In this document: piece by piece, positions 39,601 through 50,630 of the stretch
Numbering within the stretch: position 1 is the stretch's first letter
How the letters are laid out: each line of letters begins with the position of its first letter
Origin: a virus
Strand: one strand, 5' to 3'
DNA length: 64,000 nt
Virus record (IMG/VR): IMGVR_UViG_3300031576_000022
Coordinates: 1-64,000 of that record
The notes under the pieces: model-generated
What the model was told of the DNA's origin: nothing
Seen by the model: only the letters and a program-made list of their open reading frames with translations
Databases searched by the model: none
Translations under genes and position numbers: made by a program

Positions 39601-40286
39601 GATGTATGGGTCAGTGGGATTACATCATCGGAACACAGGTCACCAACAAAGAGGGGGCTTAAGAAATGCCTGTTCCAGCAAATCATGGGTTTCCGATTCA
39701 ACGTCCTGGTTTTATTACAGGAGCATCATGGCTGGGTGCCGATAATGATCTTGATCTTCAGGTTAGTTATACCAATGCATTAGGAAACCCAGCCGTCATT
39801 CAGTTTGCAGCGCAAGCTGTTGGAAGGCCTGGTGAAGTTTGTGTTCCTGCTAGTTCTGATTTTAATAATCTTGGTCCACGCGCACGAGATATTCTTGCGG
39901 CACACCTTCGTATGGCATGCATGGTTGCTGGTCATGCTGTTCCAGGTTCCCGTGAATTTAATGATGTGTTTATTCAATCAGGATCGAATAATTTTCAAAC
40001 TTCAATTAGTAATGCAGCAAAGGTTAATTCATCGGCAATGGTTTCTGATACAGAAGTGGATATTCTTTGGAAAATCGGTGCCAATGGTCCTATATACACA
40101 ACCAGGCTTGGTCATGGTGAATTGGGAAATTATGTATTTGTTCCTCAAACACAATTGCTAGTTATTCCTGGTGCAGTAAAGGCGCAGTTTTCGAATTATG
40201 TTCACAATCATCCTAGCCAGGTATTAACTCAGGCTCAAAAAGATGATATCGTAGCATATGTCATTGGATTAAAGCCTTGGGTTTAG
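36610..40286 (+). CDS. four virion/fibre-like genes (36610-37764, 37808-38602, 38604-39662, 39666-40286)
   Basis: Gly/Ser/Thr/Val-rich beta proteins with poly-Gly linkers; 38604-39662 ends in a LamG/ConA-like pattern (W....IV....AELFING). Confidence 0.65.
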
Positions 40287-40351
40287 TTTTATAATAAATA
40301 AAAACATACCTAGTCATATAGAAATATATGACTAGGTTATGGAGTTTTAAA

Positions 40352-40849
40352 ATGCCAGCTATAGTTGAATTGCGTAAAAATTTATATCGAGTTGTTAGGT
40401 CTGAAGATGGTAGATTAATTAGGCATGAAAATGGAAAGCCTATTGATGGCGGTGGACACAAAACCAAGAAGAAAGCCGTATCTCAGGTTTGTAAAATAAA
40501 CACATCATTACAATTGCGCGATTCTTTGATCAAAGAAAAAACAGTGGAATTAGCGCTAGAGTCTGCGGATCGATCGCGACTACCAGATAGTTCCTTTGCC
40601 CTAGTATCACCAGGGGGCGAGATCGACGATTCTGGACGTACCGTGCCCAGGTCGAATCGGAAGCTGCCCTACCGCAATGTAGATGGGTCGGTGATGATCG
40701 AGAACGCCTATGCCGCTATAGCTGCCCTCAATGGAGCGCGGGATGGTGTAGATGCGACCAAAGAACAAAAGGATCGTGCATGGAATAAAATCATTGCGGC
40801 AATTAGAGAAAAATTTCTTGATTACAATCCGCCAAATAAAATGTTTTAA
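40352..40849 (+). CDS. head-associated-type domain protein
   Basis: RSRLPDSSFA...RKLPY...DG.V......AAIAALNGARDGV, a pattern I recognise from phage prohead-region proteins. Confidence 0.55.
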   Translation: MPAIVELRKNLYRVVRSEDGRLIRHENGKPIDGGGHKTKKKAVSQVCKINTSLQLRDSLIKEKTVELALESADRSRLPDSSFALVSPGGEIDDSGRTVPRSNRKLPYRNVDGSVMIENAYAAIAALNGARDGVDATKEQKDRAWNKIIAAIREKFLDYNPPNKMF

Positions 40850-41031
40850 TTATAATAAAATTATATGTTATCTTATGTTTATAGTTTTTTTTATCGATAT
40901 ATTGAAATAGTATTTATGGCAATATTTTTTATAGTATTAGGATTTTTGATTTTGTTGTTTCAAGTTCTACTTGACAAGAAAAAAAATGAGAAGTAATGTC
41001 CAGCACTTTTCCCTACTGAGCTATTTTTTAT

Positions 41032-41481
41032 TTATATAATTCCAAGTTCAGCACATCTTTTGTGCCATGACCACTCCAACAATCTTAATGTTGTAGTTTT
41101 TCCTAGTGTTCTTGATCCTACAAAAAAAATATGAACATTATACCTAACACTAAATGCAAGATACGATTGTACAACAGCTTTTGGATTTGCACGAGATCTT
41201 TGGTATGGTTTCAGTAAATCTTCCATAGTAGATTCAATTATAATTGCCCGATATTTATATGATTGCATTCTCTGCATTTCATCAATAAATCTTTCTCTAT
41301 GATTTATAATTGTAGTAACAGCATCTTCTGGATTCTTGCGTTCAATTACTATGCATGTTGGTGATTCGATTATTGCATAGTCTCCAGTTTCAAGGGTTAC
41401 TGATGTCGAATTTACAAAAGAATATGGATATTTTTCGCGAGTATCTATTGCTATAGTAAATGGTGGAATGTTTTTTTTCAT
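41032..41481 (-). CDS. ERCC4/XPF-family nuclease, probable resolvase
   Basis: IDTREK.P, LETGDY, IERK...D signature. Confidence 0.88.
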   Translation of the reverse strand: MKKNIPPFTIAIDTREKYPYSFVNSTSVTLETGDYAIIESPTCIVIERKNPEDAVTTIINHRERFIDEMQRMQSYKYRAIIIESTMEDLLKPYQRSRANPKAVVQSYLAFSVRYNVHIFFVGSRTLGKTTTLRLLEWSWHKRCAELGII

Positions 41482-41503
41482 TATATTTTATATGTGTATA
41501 ATA

Positions 41504-41956
41504 CTATATAAGAGCAAGTGTTCTGTTATTATCACCTATATTTTTTTCTGCAAAAAATATTTCGAGCCATAAATTATGAATTTCTATTGTTGGTTTTGCG
41601 TTAGATGGAAGAAATACGGATTGTTTAAATGTAAGTATAATTACAATTTTAATTACATAGCATTCATTAATATTTTTAATTGTATGTAGATTTATTTCTT
41701 CAAATTTATTATCTGATAAGCAAAAATGAAAACTTTGTGTTATAACATTTTCTTTTGTTGGTGTTAAAATAGATATCTGTGCGTCACATGGTAAATCGTG
41801 TTTAGAGTTCATCCATGTTTTTAATGAAATATTTTGATCTTTTTCAATTATAAATGGAGGGCAGGTTGTAGAGTAAATAATAGATCCTGTTTGTGTAGTC
41901 GCAATCATTTGTGTTGAAATTTTTTCGATATGGTTTTTGCTATGAATTGATTGCAT
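41504..41956 (-). CDS. beta-rich protein, possible paralog family member 4
   Basis: Ends TIEIHNLWLEI; TQTGSIIYSTTCPPF resembles STNALIGAATAPLY. Confidence 0.5.
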   Translation of the reverse strand: MQSIHSKNHIEKISTQMIATTQTGSIIYSTTCPPFIIEKDQNISLKTWMNSKHDLPCDAQISILTPTKENVITQSFHFCLSDNKFEEINLHTIKNINECYVIKIVIILTFKQSVFLPSNAKPTIEIHNLWLEIFFAEKNIGDNNRTLALI

Positions 41957-41957
41957 G

Positions 41958-42164
41958 TTAATCTTCCTTGTTACTAAAAAATACTGCATTGTTTTTTATT
42001 TGTTGATAGACCATTCGTGAGGCCCTTGTTGCTCCTGGTAGCCTGGAATAGCTTTGAGCGCTATCTGCAATGATACGATTATTGCTAGAAATAAGTCGCC
42101 ATCGCCATTTTTTAGCTGCATCGCGATAATGTTCAAACGTAATACCAAATGGTGGATTGCTCAT
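41958..42164 (-). CDS. YegP/DUF1508-like protein
   Basis: FEHYRDAAKKWRWRLISSNNRIIADSAQSY. Confidence 0.8.
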   Translation of the reverse strand: MSNPPFGITFEHYRDAAKKWRWRLISSNNRIIADSAQSYSRLPGATRASRMVYQQIKNNAVFFSNKED

Positions 42165-42206
42165 TTATTATCTCGATTTTTACTGGATGTTTGTTTTTTG
42201 GTTAAA

Positions 42207-42669
42207 TTATATATTTGATTCAAGGGTTACCGATATAATTTCTCCTGTTGTTTCATCAAGTTGAAGCGACATGGTTACCGCAAGTCCAATGCATGGAGAT
42301 CCGTCATTGCCAGATCCAAGCGCACCAATCGATCCAATTTCTCTTATAGATCCTGTTATATCTTTGCACAATAACTTTGGGAAGATTTGATCTAGAGCAT
42401 TTTTATTAAATATGTCTTGCATTGCGTTAAATACATCTTCTGGTATTGCACCTTTATTGCATATTTGTATTGTTATCATTGTTTGCCTCTATTTTTGTTT
42501 GTTGATCTGATTTGTTGTTGTTGAATGGGTCATAATTATAATGGTTAGAACCTATAATATGCCATCCAGCATTGCATGATTCGCAGAGTCTTCCTTGCTT
42601 GCTTCCTGATAATACAAGTATTGCTGGAGAACCGCACCTTGGACATAAACCTTCAAGATGTTGATGCAT
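42207..42669 (-). CDS. two small hypothetical genes (42207-42479; 42454-42669 Zn-ribbon)
   Basis: Overlapping ORFs; CPRCG...CESC in the second. Confidence 0.55.
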
Positions 42670-43147
42670 GTGTATTCAATTTTTCTAGAAATTGTTTTGA
42701 TTTTTGTTGGCAAGCCTTATCACACCAAACATTATTAATATTACATTTATTACCGCGCTTACCAATTCCAATAGATAATTGAAGTTTTGTTGGATGACCA
42801 TCTACAATTTCATGCAATAAAAACCCTTTCAATCTGTTGTATTCTGTATTCATTTTATTTTTCCATTGTTCGAAAATTCCGTTTGTTTTCCATCCATGAA
42901 AAATACGTCCTAATGTTATTTGGCTATCACTAAAAAGTGTGGCTGGTATGTTTGATGGTGTTTTTGTCATACCGTATAATGCTGCAAGATATTCTGACAT
43001 ATTGTTTGTACATCCTGGATATAATATAATTTCACATCCTTCTGATAATACGTTTCCATCTTCATGTACTAAACGATAAGCATATGTACCACCATATGGT
43101 GAAGGATTGCGAGATATTACACCTCCGTCTACATAGATAAATAACAC
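42653..43147 (-). CDS. ribonuclease HI
   Basis: IYVDGG...NP, TNNMSEYLA, FSDSQ, VDGH, N..CDKAC. Confidence 0.85.
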   Translation of the reverse strand: MLFIYVDGGVISRNPSPYGGTYAYRLVHEDGNVLSEGCEIILYPGCTNNMSEYLAALYGMTKTPSNIPATLFSDSQITLGRIFHGWKTNGIFEQWKNKMNTEYNRLKGFLLHEIVDGHPTKLQLSIGIGKRGNKCNINNVWCDKACQQKSKQFLEKLNTHASTS

Positions 43148-43184
43148 GAGACGTTTCCCCTACTTGGCCTTTAATGCTTTTAAT

Positions 43185-45572
43185 TTAGAACAGAAGTTCT
43201 TCTTCTTCAATATCTTTCCATCCAACGTCCTCAATGCTTTTTTTTATTTCAATTGTTTCACCAATTTTATTTATTTCATTTTTAATAAAGTATGATAGAT
43301 AGCTATCCCTACTTTTGTCTGGTGTTAGGCAACAATATTCAAATGCATTTCTTGGACTAACCACTATTACTAGATTTTTTCCACGCGATAAAGCTGTATA
43401 TATCCAACTCCTGTTTAATAAATTATTGTTACCTTTTGGTAGTGGAATTATTACTACTGGACATTCGCTACCCTGAAATTTGTGTGCAGTGACTGCATAA
43501 CTTAAATCAATATTGTTCTTTTTTATTGGTACTCCAACTGTAACCTGTGGGAATTCAATAATCATATGAAGTTCTTTTGGACGAGCATTAAGAACTTCAT
43601 ACCTTGATCCATCATTGAGTTGTTCTAGATCGTATTGTGAGTAAAATGCGCCGCGCCAAAGTAATCCAATAATAAATCCTATATCACCATTTACTATTGG
43701 CACTTCTTTTAAAAGTATATTTTCATTTGGTATATATTCATATGATTCACAGTTTTTTGTGTTTATTACCCTATCACCGATTTTAAATGAAATTTTATTA
43801 TCTTTTGTAATTGTTTTTTCGCTTGCTTCAATAACAAAATTATTATTAATAAGTCTTTGAATTTCATTGTTAATTTTATATGTTGATATAGGAAGATCTG
43901 GATTTTTATTTGGAGTTACAACTTGAATATCATTGATGGTATATCCAAATTTTGATGTTATTTTTTTTGTAAAGAGATCAATGGTTGATGATATAGTATT
44001 TTCATCGCATGTAGAAGGCCAGAGATATAAATCGGTGTTTTCTGAGTTAATAATTTCTGGAACAAGATGATTTTTTATTTCATGACAAGCCTTGATGATT
44101 GCGGATCCTTCTCCTTGTCTTTTGATCTTTTTTAATTCGACGTGTGGAAAACATTGGCTGCGAATAGAGTCTACAAGAAATTTACCAGGACCAACACTCG
44201 GTAATTGATTTGGATCTCCAACAATAATCAATCTGGTTCCGTGACGAATAGAACTGATTAATGAATATGCAAGTTCTATGTCAAGAAGAGACGATTCATC
44301 TACGATGATGATGTCTAGTTCTAGTTTGCAATTTTTTCCATGCATAAAAGAAAATGATACATCATCATCATCGCCTTTTGTAGCGATTGGAACTAATAGT
44401 GAGTGGATTGTTGTAGCTTGGCGGCCGGTAGACTCTGTCATACGCCTGGCTGCTTTTCCAGTTTGAGCACACAGTGCTGTACTGAAACCAGCGAATGACT
44501 CACATATCTTCTTAATTGTAAAGGTCTTTCCGACCCCCGGCGAACCAGTCATTAATAATACTGAATTTTTACAAGCAAGTGTTACTGCTTCTGCTTGGTC
44601 ATCTTCAAGCCCTCCAGTACGCGGAGTCACTTCTCCTACTGGGCTCGTAGATAACAATACCAGCATCTTTGCAATTTCTTTTTCCATATGATACATACTT
44701 CTTCTATAAATATAATCGCTTACAGCAATAAATTTTCCAAGTTCAATATGTTGATCTAATATTTGAACAATTATGTCTTTATCAAGGTTTGTTTCTGTAC
44801 AAATATATTGAATTAATAATGTTTTCAGAATACATGTATGCCCGCCTCCACGTTCCCAGTTCTTGATTACATACTCGCCACAAGCAGATATTCTTTCTGG
44901 TGATTGAAGATCAATACCATTCTTTACAGCAATAGAATCTGCAATTTTGAATCCAATACCAGAAATTTCTGTAAGTGTATATGGTTGATGTAAAACAATA
45001 TCTGGTCCAGATGATTTATATTTTTTAATTATTGAATTGATATGACCTTTGTGCGCCAGTGTTCCGCTTAGTAGGGAAGAAAGCTGCAATTTTAAAGACT
45101 CATTATCTTCAATGTCTTCGAGGCGCTTTGATGCTTCAATTGCCCTATCTACTGATATGCCAATTTTATCTGCGATACGAAGTGGTTCTGATTTAAGTAT
45201 TTCAATTGATTCAGAACCAAATATGTTATAGATTTTTTTGGCTGTTTGAACACCAATACCCTTACAATTAAATGCTAGATAATCTGTAATTGCTTTTTCT
45301 GAAATTGGACGTTGACGGGAGTATTCCGAAAAATTGAATTGCATTCCATATTCTTTTTGTAATTGAAGTTCTCCAGTAAAATTATATTCAATAGCAAGAG
45401 CTGGATGCAACATTGTTCCTTTAACACAAATTTCTGTATCGCGATTTGATTGTTCCCATAGAAATGTTTCTCCGTCTTGAGATGAAACATTTCCTTTAGC
45501 TAGTACACGAAGGATTACAAATCCATTATCTTCATAGATTATTCGACTAATTTTTCCAGTTATTGTTTGCAT
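43185..45572 (-). CDS. recD2: RecD2-like SF1B helicase
   Basis: N-terminal OB and HhH (GIGFKIADSIA), TGSPGVGKT, TGKAARR, VDESS, GDPNQLPSVGPG, YAVTAHKFQGSE, YTALSRG. Confidence 0.93.
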   Translation of the reverse strand: MQTITGKISRIIYEDNGFVILRVLAKGNVSSQDGETFLWEQSNRDTEICVKGTMLHPALAIEYNFTGELQLQKEYGMQFNFSEYSRQRPISEKAITDYLAFNCKGIGVQTAKKIYNIFGSESIEILKSEPLRIADKIGISVDRAIEASKRLEDIEDNESLKLQLSSLLSGTLAHKGHINSIIKKYKSSGPDIVLHQPYTLTEISGIGFKIADSIAVKNGIDLQSPERISACGEYVIKNWERGGGHTCILKTLLIQYICTETNLDKDIIVQILDQHIELGKFIAVSDYIYRRSMYHMEKEIAKMLVLLSTSPVGEVTPRTGGLEDDQAEAVTLACKNSVLLMTGSPGVGKTFTIKKICESFAGFSTALCAQTGKAARRMTESTGRQATTIHSLLVPIATKGDDDDVSFSFMHGKNCKLELDIIIVDESSLLDIELAYSLISSIRHGTRLIIVGDPNQLPSVGPGKFLVDSIRSQCFPHVELKKIKRQGEGSAIIKACHEIKNHLVPEIINSENTDLYLWPSTCDENTISSTIDLFTKKITSKFGYTINDIQVVTPNKNPDLPISTYKINNEIQRLINNNFVIEASEKTITKDNKISFKIGDRVINTKNCESYEYIPNENILLKEVPIVNGDIGFIIGLLWRGAFYSQYDLEQLNDGSRYEVLNARPKELHMIIEFPQVTVGVPIKKNNIDLSYAVTAHKFQGSECPVVIIPLPKGNNNLLNRSWIYTALSRGKNLVIVVSPRNAFEYCCLTPDKSRDSYLSYFIKNEINKIGETIEIKKSIEDVGWKDIEEEELLF

Positions 45573-45665
45573 TAGATATTTTAATCGGGGATCATTTCCC
45601 CTACCTGGATTTTAGTAGATTGAGATTATGTCAAAAAGTGAATTTGAAATCAATCAATTTAGACG

Positions 45666-45701
45666 AAACCGGCCGATGGGCTTGTCTTCATCGGCCGGTT
45701 T
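45666..45701 (-). terminator. strong hairpin, probable terminator after the SSB-like gene
   Basis: AAACCGGCCGATG/CATCGGCCGGTTT perfect 13-bp stem. Confidence 0.65.
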
Positions 45702-45726
45702 ACATTCAATAGCCTTAGCTTAGATC

Positions 45727-46212
45727 CTAAAAGGGCAATTCTGGATCGTTGTCTGGTGTTCCTTGTGCCGCTACAGTAGTTTGTGCGGCTGTACCGACCT
45801 TCCTGGCGTCTTTGGGCTCCCATGATTCATGGTTTGGACTAATAAAATCGTTACGACGATCTAACTCAATCCATGCCATTTTTCCGTTAAAGGATTTTGG
45901 TGTAAATGCCATCTTGCCTTTTGTACCTGGAAGGAGGTTTTGAATCATACGTCGCATTGTTCTCATACCACGATCATCTTTAGAAACAACAATATTAAAA
46001 TTGTACTTAGCCCAATCTTTAAGACCGTTTGCATCCATGACAATACCGCATTTGAATAATATCATGGGACAACCATCATCCCGTTTACGTGGGGTTTCGT
46101 TACCGGATGCATCTTTTTTTGTGTCTTCTCCATCAGTTATTTCGATGAGATATACACCTTTCGGTGGATGAATCTCGGTACTTCCTTCTGTATCAATATC
46201 CCATTCGTTCAT
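45727..46212 (-). CDS. single-stranded DNA-binding protein (DUF669-like)
   Basis: PPKGVY..EI.D; acidic tail ending DNDPELPF; follows the Sak4-like ATPase. Confidence 0.75.
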   Translation of the reverse strand: MNEWDIDTEGSTEIHPPKGVYLIEITDGEDTKKDASGNETPRKRDDGCPMILFKCGIVMDANGLKDWAKYNFNIVVSKDDRGMRTMRRMIQNLLPGTKGKMAFTPKSFNGKMAWIELDRRNDFISPNHESWEPKDARKVGTAAQTTVAAQGTPDNDPELPF

Positions 46213-46270
46213 TGTTGTATTCCCCGATACAAGGTTTCGGTTGCTGTAGTTTTGTCGCAGACAATTGTAG

Positions 46271-47188
46271 TTAGAATGGTGTCACTTTAGCTAGTTTATT
46301 TTCAAGCTTTAAGACGATTTCGTTTGCTGAATCTAAAAGCAAATCGTCTATTTGGCTGACACCCCATTGGTTTAGTGCTGCGTATTTTTTTTCTTCTGTT
46401 ACTCCAAGTGTGTTAAGTAGAAGTTCTATTTTTTGTTTTATTTCTTGTGTTATATATTGAATTGGAATAGCTTTTCTAGTTATGGATTCTCCATAATATT
46501 TTTTAAAAAAATCCATATTTGCACCAGTCCAATCGATCGATACAGGCATTTTATTGTAAAAAGAACGATGCTTATCAGTATAAAGAATATATTGATCTGT
46601 CTCTTTAATCCTGGTTGAAGAAAACACTGTATCAAATTCATAATCAGTAGACTTTTGAGAATCAAAGGTTTTTCCTATTGATTTCATCATCACTTCACTG
46701 GATGTATCATATAATGTTTTCGATCTGGCGGTACAGATAACATTAAGATCCATATTCCTTAGTCTTAAGAAGATTCTACTCCAGAATCTATTGATGAGTT
46801 TATAATCCAATGGCTGTACTTCATAAAAATCTCCATGGTGGCCTTTCTTTTTTTCTCTTGTTCTTAGAAAAATCTTGTCCCAATATAATAAAGTTAAATC
46901 ATATACAATAGTTAGTGGGTCAATTACAATAGTAGTAAAATCGTGGTCTTTTGTTCCGAGGAAGTCAAGGATAGACAGTATTTCTTCGATGCTTGTTGGG
47001 ATCGGATTCCATCGATAAAATTTGAATTCATTATCATATCGATTGGTTCCACCCTCAAGATCAATATATGCAAGCTTTCCTCCAAGCTCGCTCCATTTTA
47101 AAGGAAATGACGTTTTTCCTGTCCCAGATTCTCCGTAAATAAATATTTTGGCGCGTGGAATAGATTTTGATGCTAGTTCAAACGGCAT
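46271..47188 (-). CDS. Sak4-like AAA ATPase/recombinase
   Basis: IYGESGTGKT, YIDLEGG, TIVIDPLT, YEFD. Confidence 0.85.
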   Translation of the reverse strand: MPFELASKSIPRAKIFIYGESGTGKTSFPLKWSELGGKLAYIDLEGGTNRYDNEFKFYRWNPIPTSIEEILSILDFLGTKDHDFTTIVIDPLTIVYDLTLLYWDKIFLRTREKKKGHHGDFYEVQPLDYKLINRFWSRIFLRLRNMDLNVICTARSKTLYDTSSEVMMKSIGKTFDSQKSTDYEFDTVFSSTRIKETDQYILYTDKHRSFYNKMPVSIDWTGANMDFFKKYYGESITRKAIPIQYITQEIKQKIELLLNTLGVTEEKKYAALNQWGVSQIDDLLLDSANEIVLKLENKLAKVTPF

Positions 47189-47651
47189 GATTATTATTTC
47201 CCTTGTTCTTATATGGCTTACCAGATCCATACTCTTTATTTTCGTATCTCTTTATATAATTACAATTAGCACAAAGTAATTGGTAGATTCCTTGTGGTCC
47301 ATTTTTTCTAATATCTCGATATACTGATTTACTGCATCCGTAAATGTTCCTTCTTCTTTCTGCACCATCTCCATTTATATGATCAACATGAAGTGCAGCG
47401 AAATGTTCATTGTATCCACACGTTATGCACCTGCCACCAAGAATCTGTATTACTTGTAATTTTAATTGAAATGAACGATTAATATTCTGAGTATTTCTTT
47501 GGATTCTATTCCTAACATAGAAATTATTCGCATCGACCCTTCTTCTCGCCCTTCTTATTTCCTTTTTCATTTTTTCTTCAATATCAATATTATTAATAAG
47601 ATCAATCAGTATGGAATCATTCTTATTGGTATCAATAAATTTATCAAACAT
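47178..47651 (-). CDS. HNH endonuclease
   Basis: LGGRCITCG....LHVDHINGDG...QLLCANCN. Confidence 0.85.
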   Translation of the reverse strand: MFDKFIDTNKNDSILIDLINNIDIEEKMKKEIRRARRRVDANNFYVRNRIQRNTQNINRSFQLKLQVIQILGGRCITCGYNEHFAALHVDHINGDGAERRRNIYGCSKSVYRDIRKNGPQGIYQLLCANCNYIKRYENKEYGSGKPYKNKGNNNHAV

Positions 47652-47656
47652 CAGTA

Positions 47657-48085
47657 TTAACCTTTTCTTTTGTTAGAATCGTTAATTTTACCATGACGAA
47701 CGATCATCGATCCTTCGGCAATTTTTGTTTTTAAGCTTTGATTTATTCTCCATTTCTCAAGATTTTTCATGTTGGTAGAATTAATATTTTTTTTCTTTAA
47801 GTCTTTTACAACCAATTTTTTACAGCATTTTGCATATTTTCTCAAGCTTCCGCAGATACAAGGATTATTTTTAGATGGAAATGGATTTGGATCGTTAAGC
47901 ACTGGAAGGCTTGTATTTTCGTAAACTAATACACGATGACGCGCGCAACGTCTTGTGTCCTTTTTTGATTTAGCAAGATTGAAAATAACTTTTTTACTAA
48001 TAGGTCCAAAACTAACCGGCTTTGAAATATTAGTAATTTTTTCTGTTTTAATTGTATTATCTTGATCATCTTCTGCTTGATTCAT
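47657..48085 (-). CDS. SEC-C motif protein
   Basis: KNNPCICGSLRKYAKCC. Confidence 0.75.
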   Translation of the reverse strand: MNQAEDDQDNTIKTEKITNISKPVSFGPISKKVIFNLAKSKKDTRRCARHRVLVYENTSLPVLNDPNPFPSKNNPCICGSLRKYAKCCKKLVVKDLKKKNINSTNMKNLEKWRINQSLKTKIAEGSMIVRHGKINDSNKRKG

Positions 48086-48269
48086 CTTGATATTCCTTTG
48101 CTGCCTCAATCAGTGATCGAATTAAATATTCGATATTACAAACAGTTGCTGATTCTCGTTGTCCAGGAGCTTGATGTCTTTTTTTAACTTTGGAAATGAT
48201 ATTAGATAGTGATTCTTCCCATTGAGCTATAATTCCATTGTTAGGTGGAAGGCATTCGAGCAATGCCAT
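48066..48269 (-). CDS. small hypothetical protein
   Basis: AGAGG RBS, overlaps next gene. Confidence 0.45.
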   Translation of the reverse strand: MALLECLPPNNGIIAQWEESLSNIISKVKKRHQAPGQRESATVCNIEYLIRSLIEAAKEYQDESSRR

Positions 48270-48355
48270 AACCTCTTGAATTTGTGCAACAGATTTTTTC
48301 CAACTTGCTGCATCAAGATCGCAGATCCATTTTGGTGGTTTTTTTTGTGAACTAC

Positions 48356-49597
48356 TTAGGTAGGGTTTTCATTATTAATGGGTTCGATTGAATCTTGGTT
48401 TGTGTATTTATTTTTGATTGTTTTTGCATGAATAGCATAAGCACAAAGCTTTCGCCATGTTGCTTCATCGAATGTCGCAGGTATGATTTGATCTGGATGT
48501 TTTCCAAGATGGTATGCTGTCCATATGCGAACATCTGGTTTTTCAATAATACCAATTTCGGAAAGAGTCGAAATGAATCCACTACGAATTTTTTCAATTG
48601 GAAGAGTTTCAATATGTTCTGGCTTAACCTTATCTTGATTTGTAAGAAGTCGTACAATATCTGATTCAATAAAAGTTGTTGCATTAATTTTAAGGGCTGA
48701 ATCGACAAAATGATGCGCCTGGGGAATAGAGAAAAATCTTGGACGAAGATCAATATTGGTGCCAGATGGTCCGCCAGATGGCCCAGTAGGAGAATGGGTT
48801 GACGTTTCTTGCGTTTTTTGAATAATTGGTTTATTGGTTGTTTTATTGGTTGTTTTCTTTGTTTTTTCGGTATCAACATCTTCAATCAATTTATTCATTG
48901 GGCTAGACGTAACGATTGGAGTAAGAGGAGGTTTATCATTTACTAGGATTGGAGTTACAGGCGATTCATCATTTACTAAATCCTTGTTTTGTTTTGGAAT
49001 ATTATCTTTATCATAAAACGTAGGATTAGTCTTATGGATGATTTCAGCCCAATCAATTTTATGTCCAGATTTGATGGCTAATTTGATATTATCTAGTGCT
49101 GGTTCGTATTTTATACGGACACATGCTTTTAGAATTGGATCTGAAGATGTTGATAGTTTTTCGAGAATACTATTTAGTTCTTCATTATCAATCTTTATTT
49201 CGATAGGATATGATCCATGTAATTGCATACGACCACTTGGACAATCATAGTGTTGTCCAACTAATTTATCTTTTGTATATGATATCAATGCTTTTTGTAC
49301 TTGATGTTTTACTGATGAAATTATATCTTTTGTTTCTTGGCGATCCCTTGAGTGACGATCCATGACAGTTTTATATGCAGAATCTTTTGTTTCGGCAATG
49401 GCATCGAGTTTGATAATAATTCGCATTGCATCATCAGCATCAGCTTGTGTCCATTCTTTTGAATCGATAATATTTAATTTGTTTAAATCAACACTAGAAA
49501 TTTCATGTGGAATTCGATCAATAATTTTTGGATTAATAGAAGGAATCAAGTTCATCAACATATTATTGATAGCAGAGATTGCGCTGGCCTTACTCAT
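48356..49597 (-). CDS. Gam/Gp157-like coiled-coil protein with long C-terminal extension
   Basis: ADDAMR.I..L, CPSGRMQL, VRIKYEPALDNIK.AIKSG.KI; upstream of Sak4/SSB. Confidence 0.55.
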   Translation of the reverse strand: MSKASAISAINNMLMNLIPSINPKIIDRIPHEISSVDLNKLNIIDSKEWTQADADDAMRIIIKLDAIAETKDSAYKTVMDRHSRDRQETKDIISSVKHQVQKALISYTKDKLVGQHYDCPSGRMQLHGSYPIEIKIDNEELNSILEKLSTSSDPILKACVRIKYEPALDNIKLAIKSGHKIDWAEIIHKTNPTFYDKDNIPKQNKDLVNDESPVTPILVNDKPPLTPIVTSSPMNKLIEDVDTEKTKKTTNKTTNKPIIQKTQETSTHSPTGPSGGPSGTNIDLRPRFFSIPQAHHFVDSALKINATTFIESDIVRLLTNQDKVKPEHIETLPIEKIRSGFISTLSEIGIIEKPDVRIWTAYHLGKHPDQIIPATFDEATWRKLCAYAIHAKTIKNKYTNQDSIEPINNENPT

Positions 49598-50609
49598 GGT
49601 TCATCATCTCCTTGAATTCCTCACGAATTGAATCTGAGGTATCGGTAATATACTTTTCAGTTATATTACCATTGCTTTCTTTTGCTATTTCTTTTAGTAG
49701 TAATTTTAGGTGATCTACCCAAATCGCTACTATACTGGTAGGTGTTCCGAGTCTGATTGGTTTGAATATAAATATTTCTTTTCCATTTTTTACGGATGTT
49801 TCGGTATATGTAACTCCAAATGTTGGAGTATCATCGTGAAAGTCGTACCAAAATCTTTGGATATAAAATGGTCCTGTTTTTATCTTTAGTCCTTCAATAC
49901 ATATTGATGTTGGATTCAATACGATGCCTTCTAGATCAAGTTCTAGGTCGCTGATCTTTTGAATGAATTCTTCATCCATCAGTGTCATCATGTTTATATG
50001 TTACCAACAATGATTGGAAATGGAAGAGAAATAGAAATCATTTTTTCGATGAACTGATAATTTCTATGATTGGGGGAGGAAATGGAATAGCTACTACTAT
50101 TGGTGGTGGTTGAGACGTTTGATGTACTAGGTAGGGTTGGATCGGTCTAGAAGTCGGTTTGAGGTTGGTGTTGTTCGTGCAGTCCGCTTGGCCTGACACG
50201 CAGGAAGCCATGGAGCTGCTGTATTTCAGAGTTTTTTTCCGCGCCATCTACACGAAAAAATTAACGTATTATCCTTAATCATTTCTTCTGGATCTAATAC
50301 ACAAGGTTTATCCTTTTCAGGATTTCTACAATAAACAGTATTACAAAGGCATCTACGATATACATATTTGATGGATTGATCAAAAAATTTACGAAGCTCT
50401 AGAATATCTGCTATTTCTCGTGGAGATAATGGAATGGGTTGCCCTTTGCGACCAATAAATGCATCGTTGATCCGAAAAACGATCTCGAAAACATCGCGAA
50501 TATTCCAGTTAACCTGAATCCTTTCCCTGATTTTCGCTTCTTCCTGTTCTTTTTCTGTTTGTTCTGGTTCTTGTTCTGTTTTTCTTGCTTTGTCTGGTAG
50601 ATCGTTCAT
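49590..50609 (-). CDS. hypothetical genes (49590-49991, 50038-50247, 50226-50609)
   Basis: Co-oriented packed ORFs. Confidence 0.5.
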
Positions 50610-50630
50610 GTATGCTGTTATACCATATTT

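Noticed and set aside
36610-40286. Diversity-generating retroelement or invertible fibre cassette
   Set aside because: No reverse transcriptase, invertase or template/variable repeat pair was seen
12827-50140. Partial motif matches near 12836, 43305, 48356 and 50128
   Set aside because: They share CCCTAC but lack the flanking consensus; not counted
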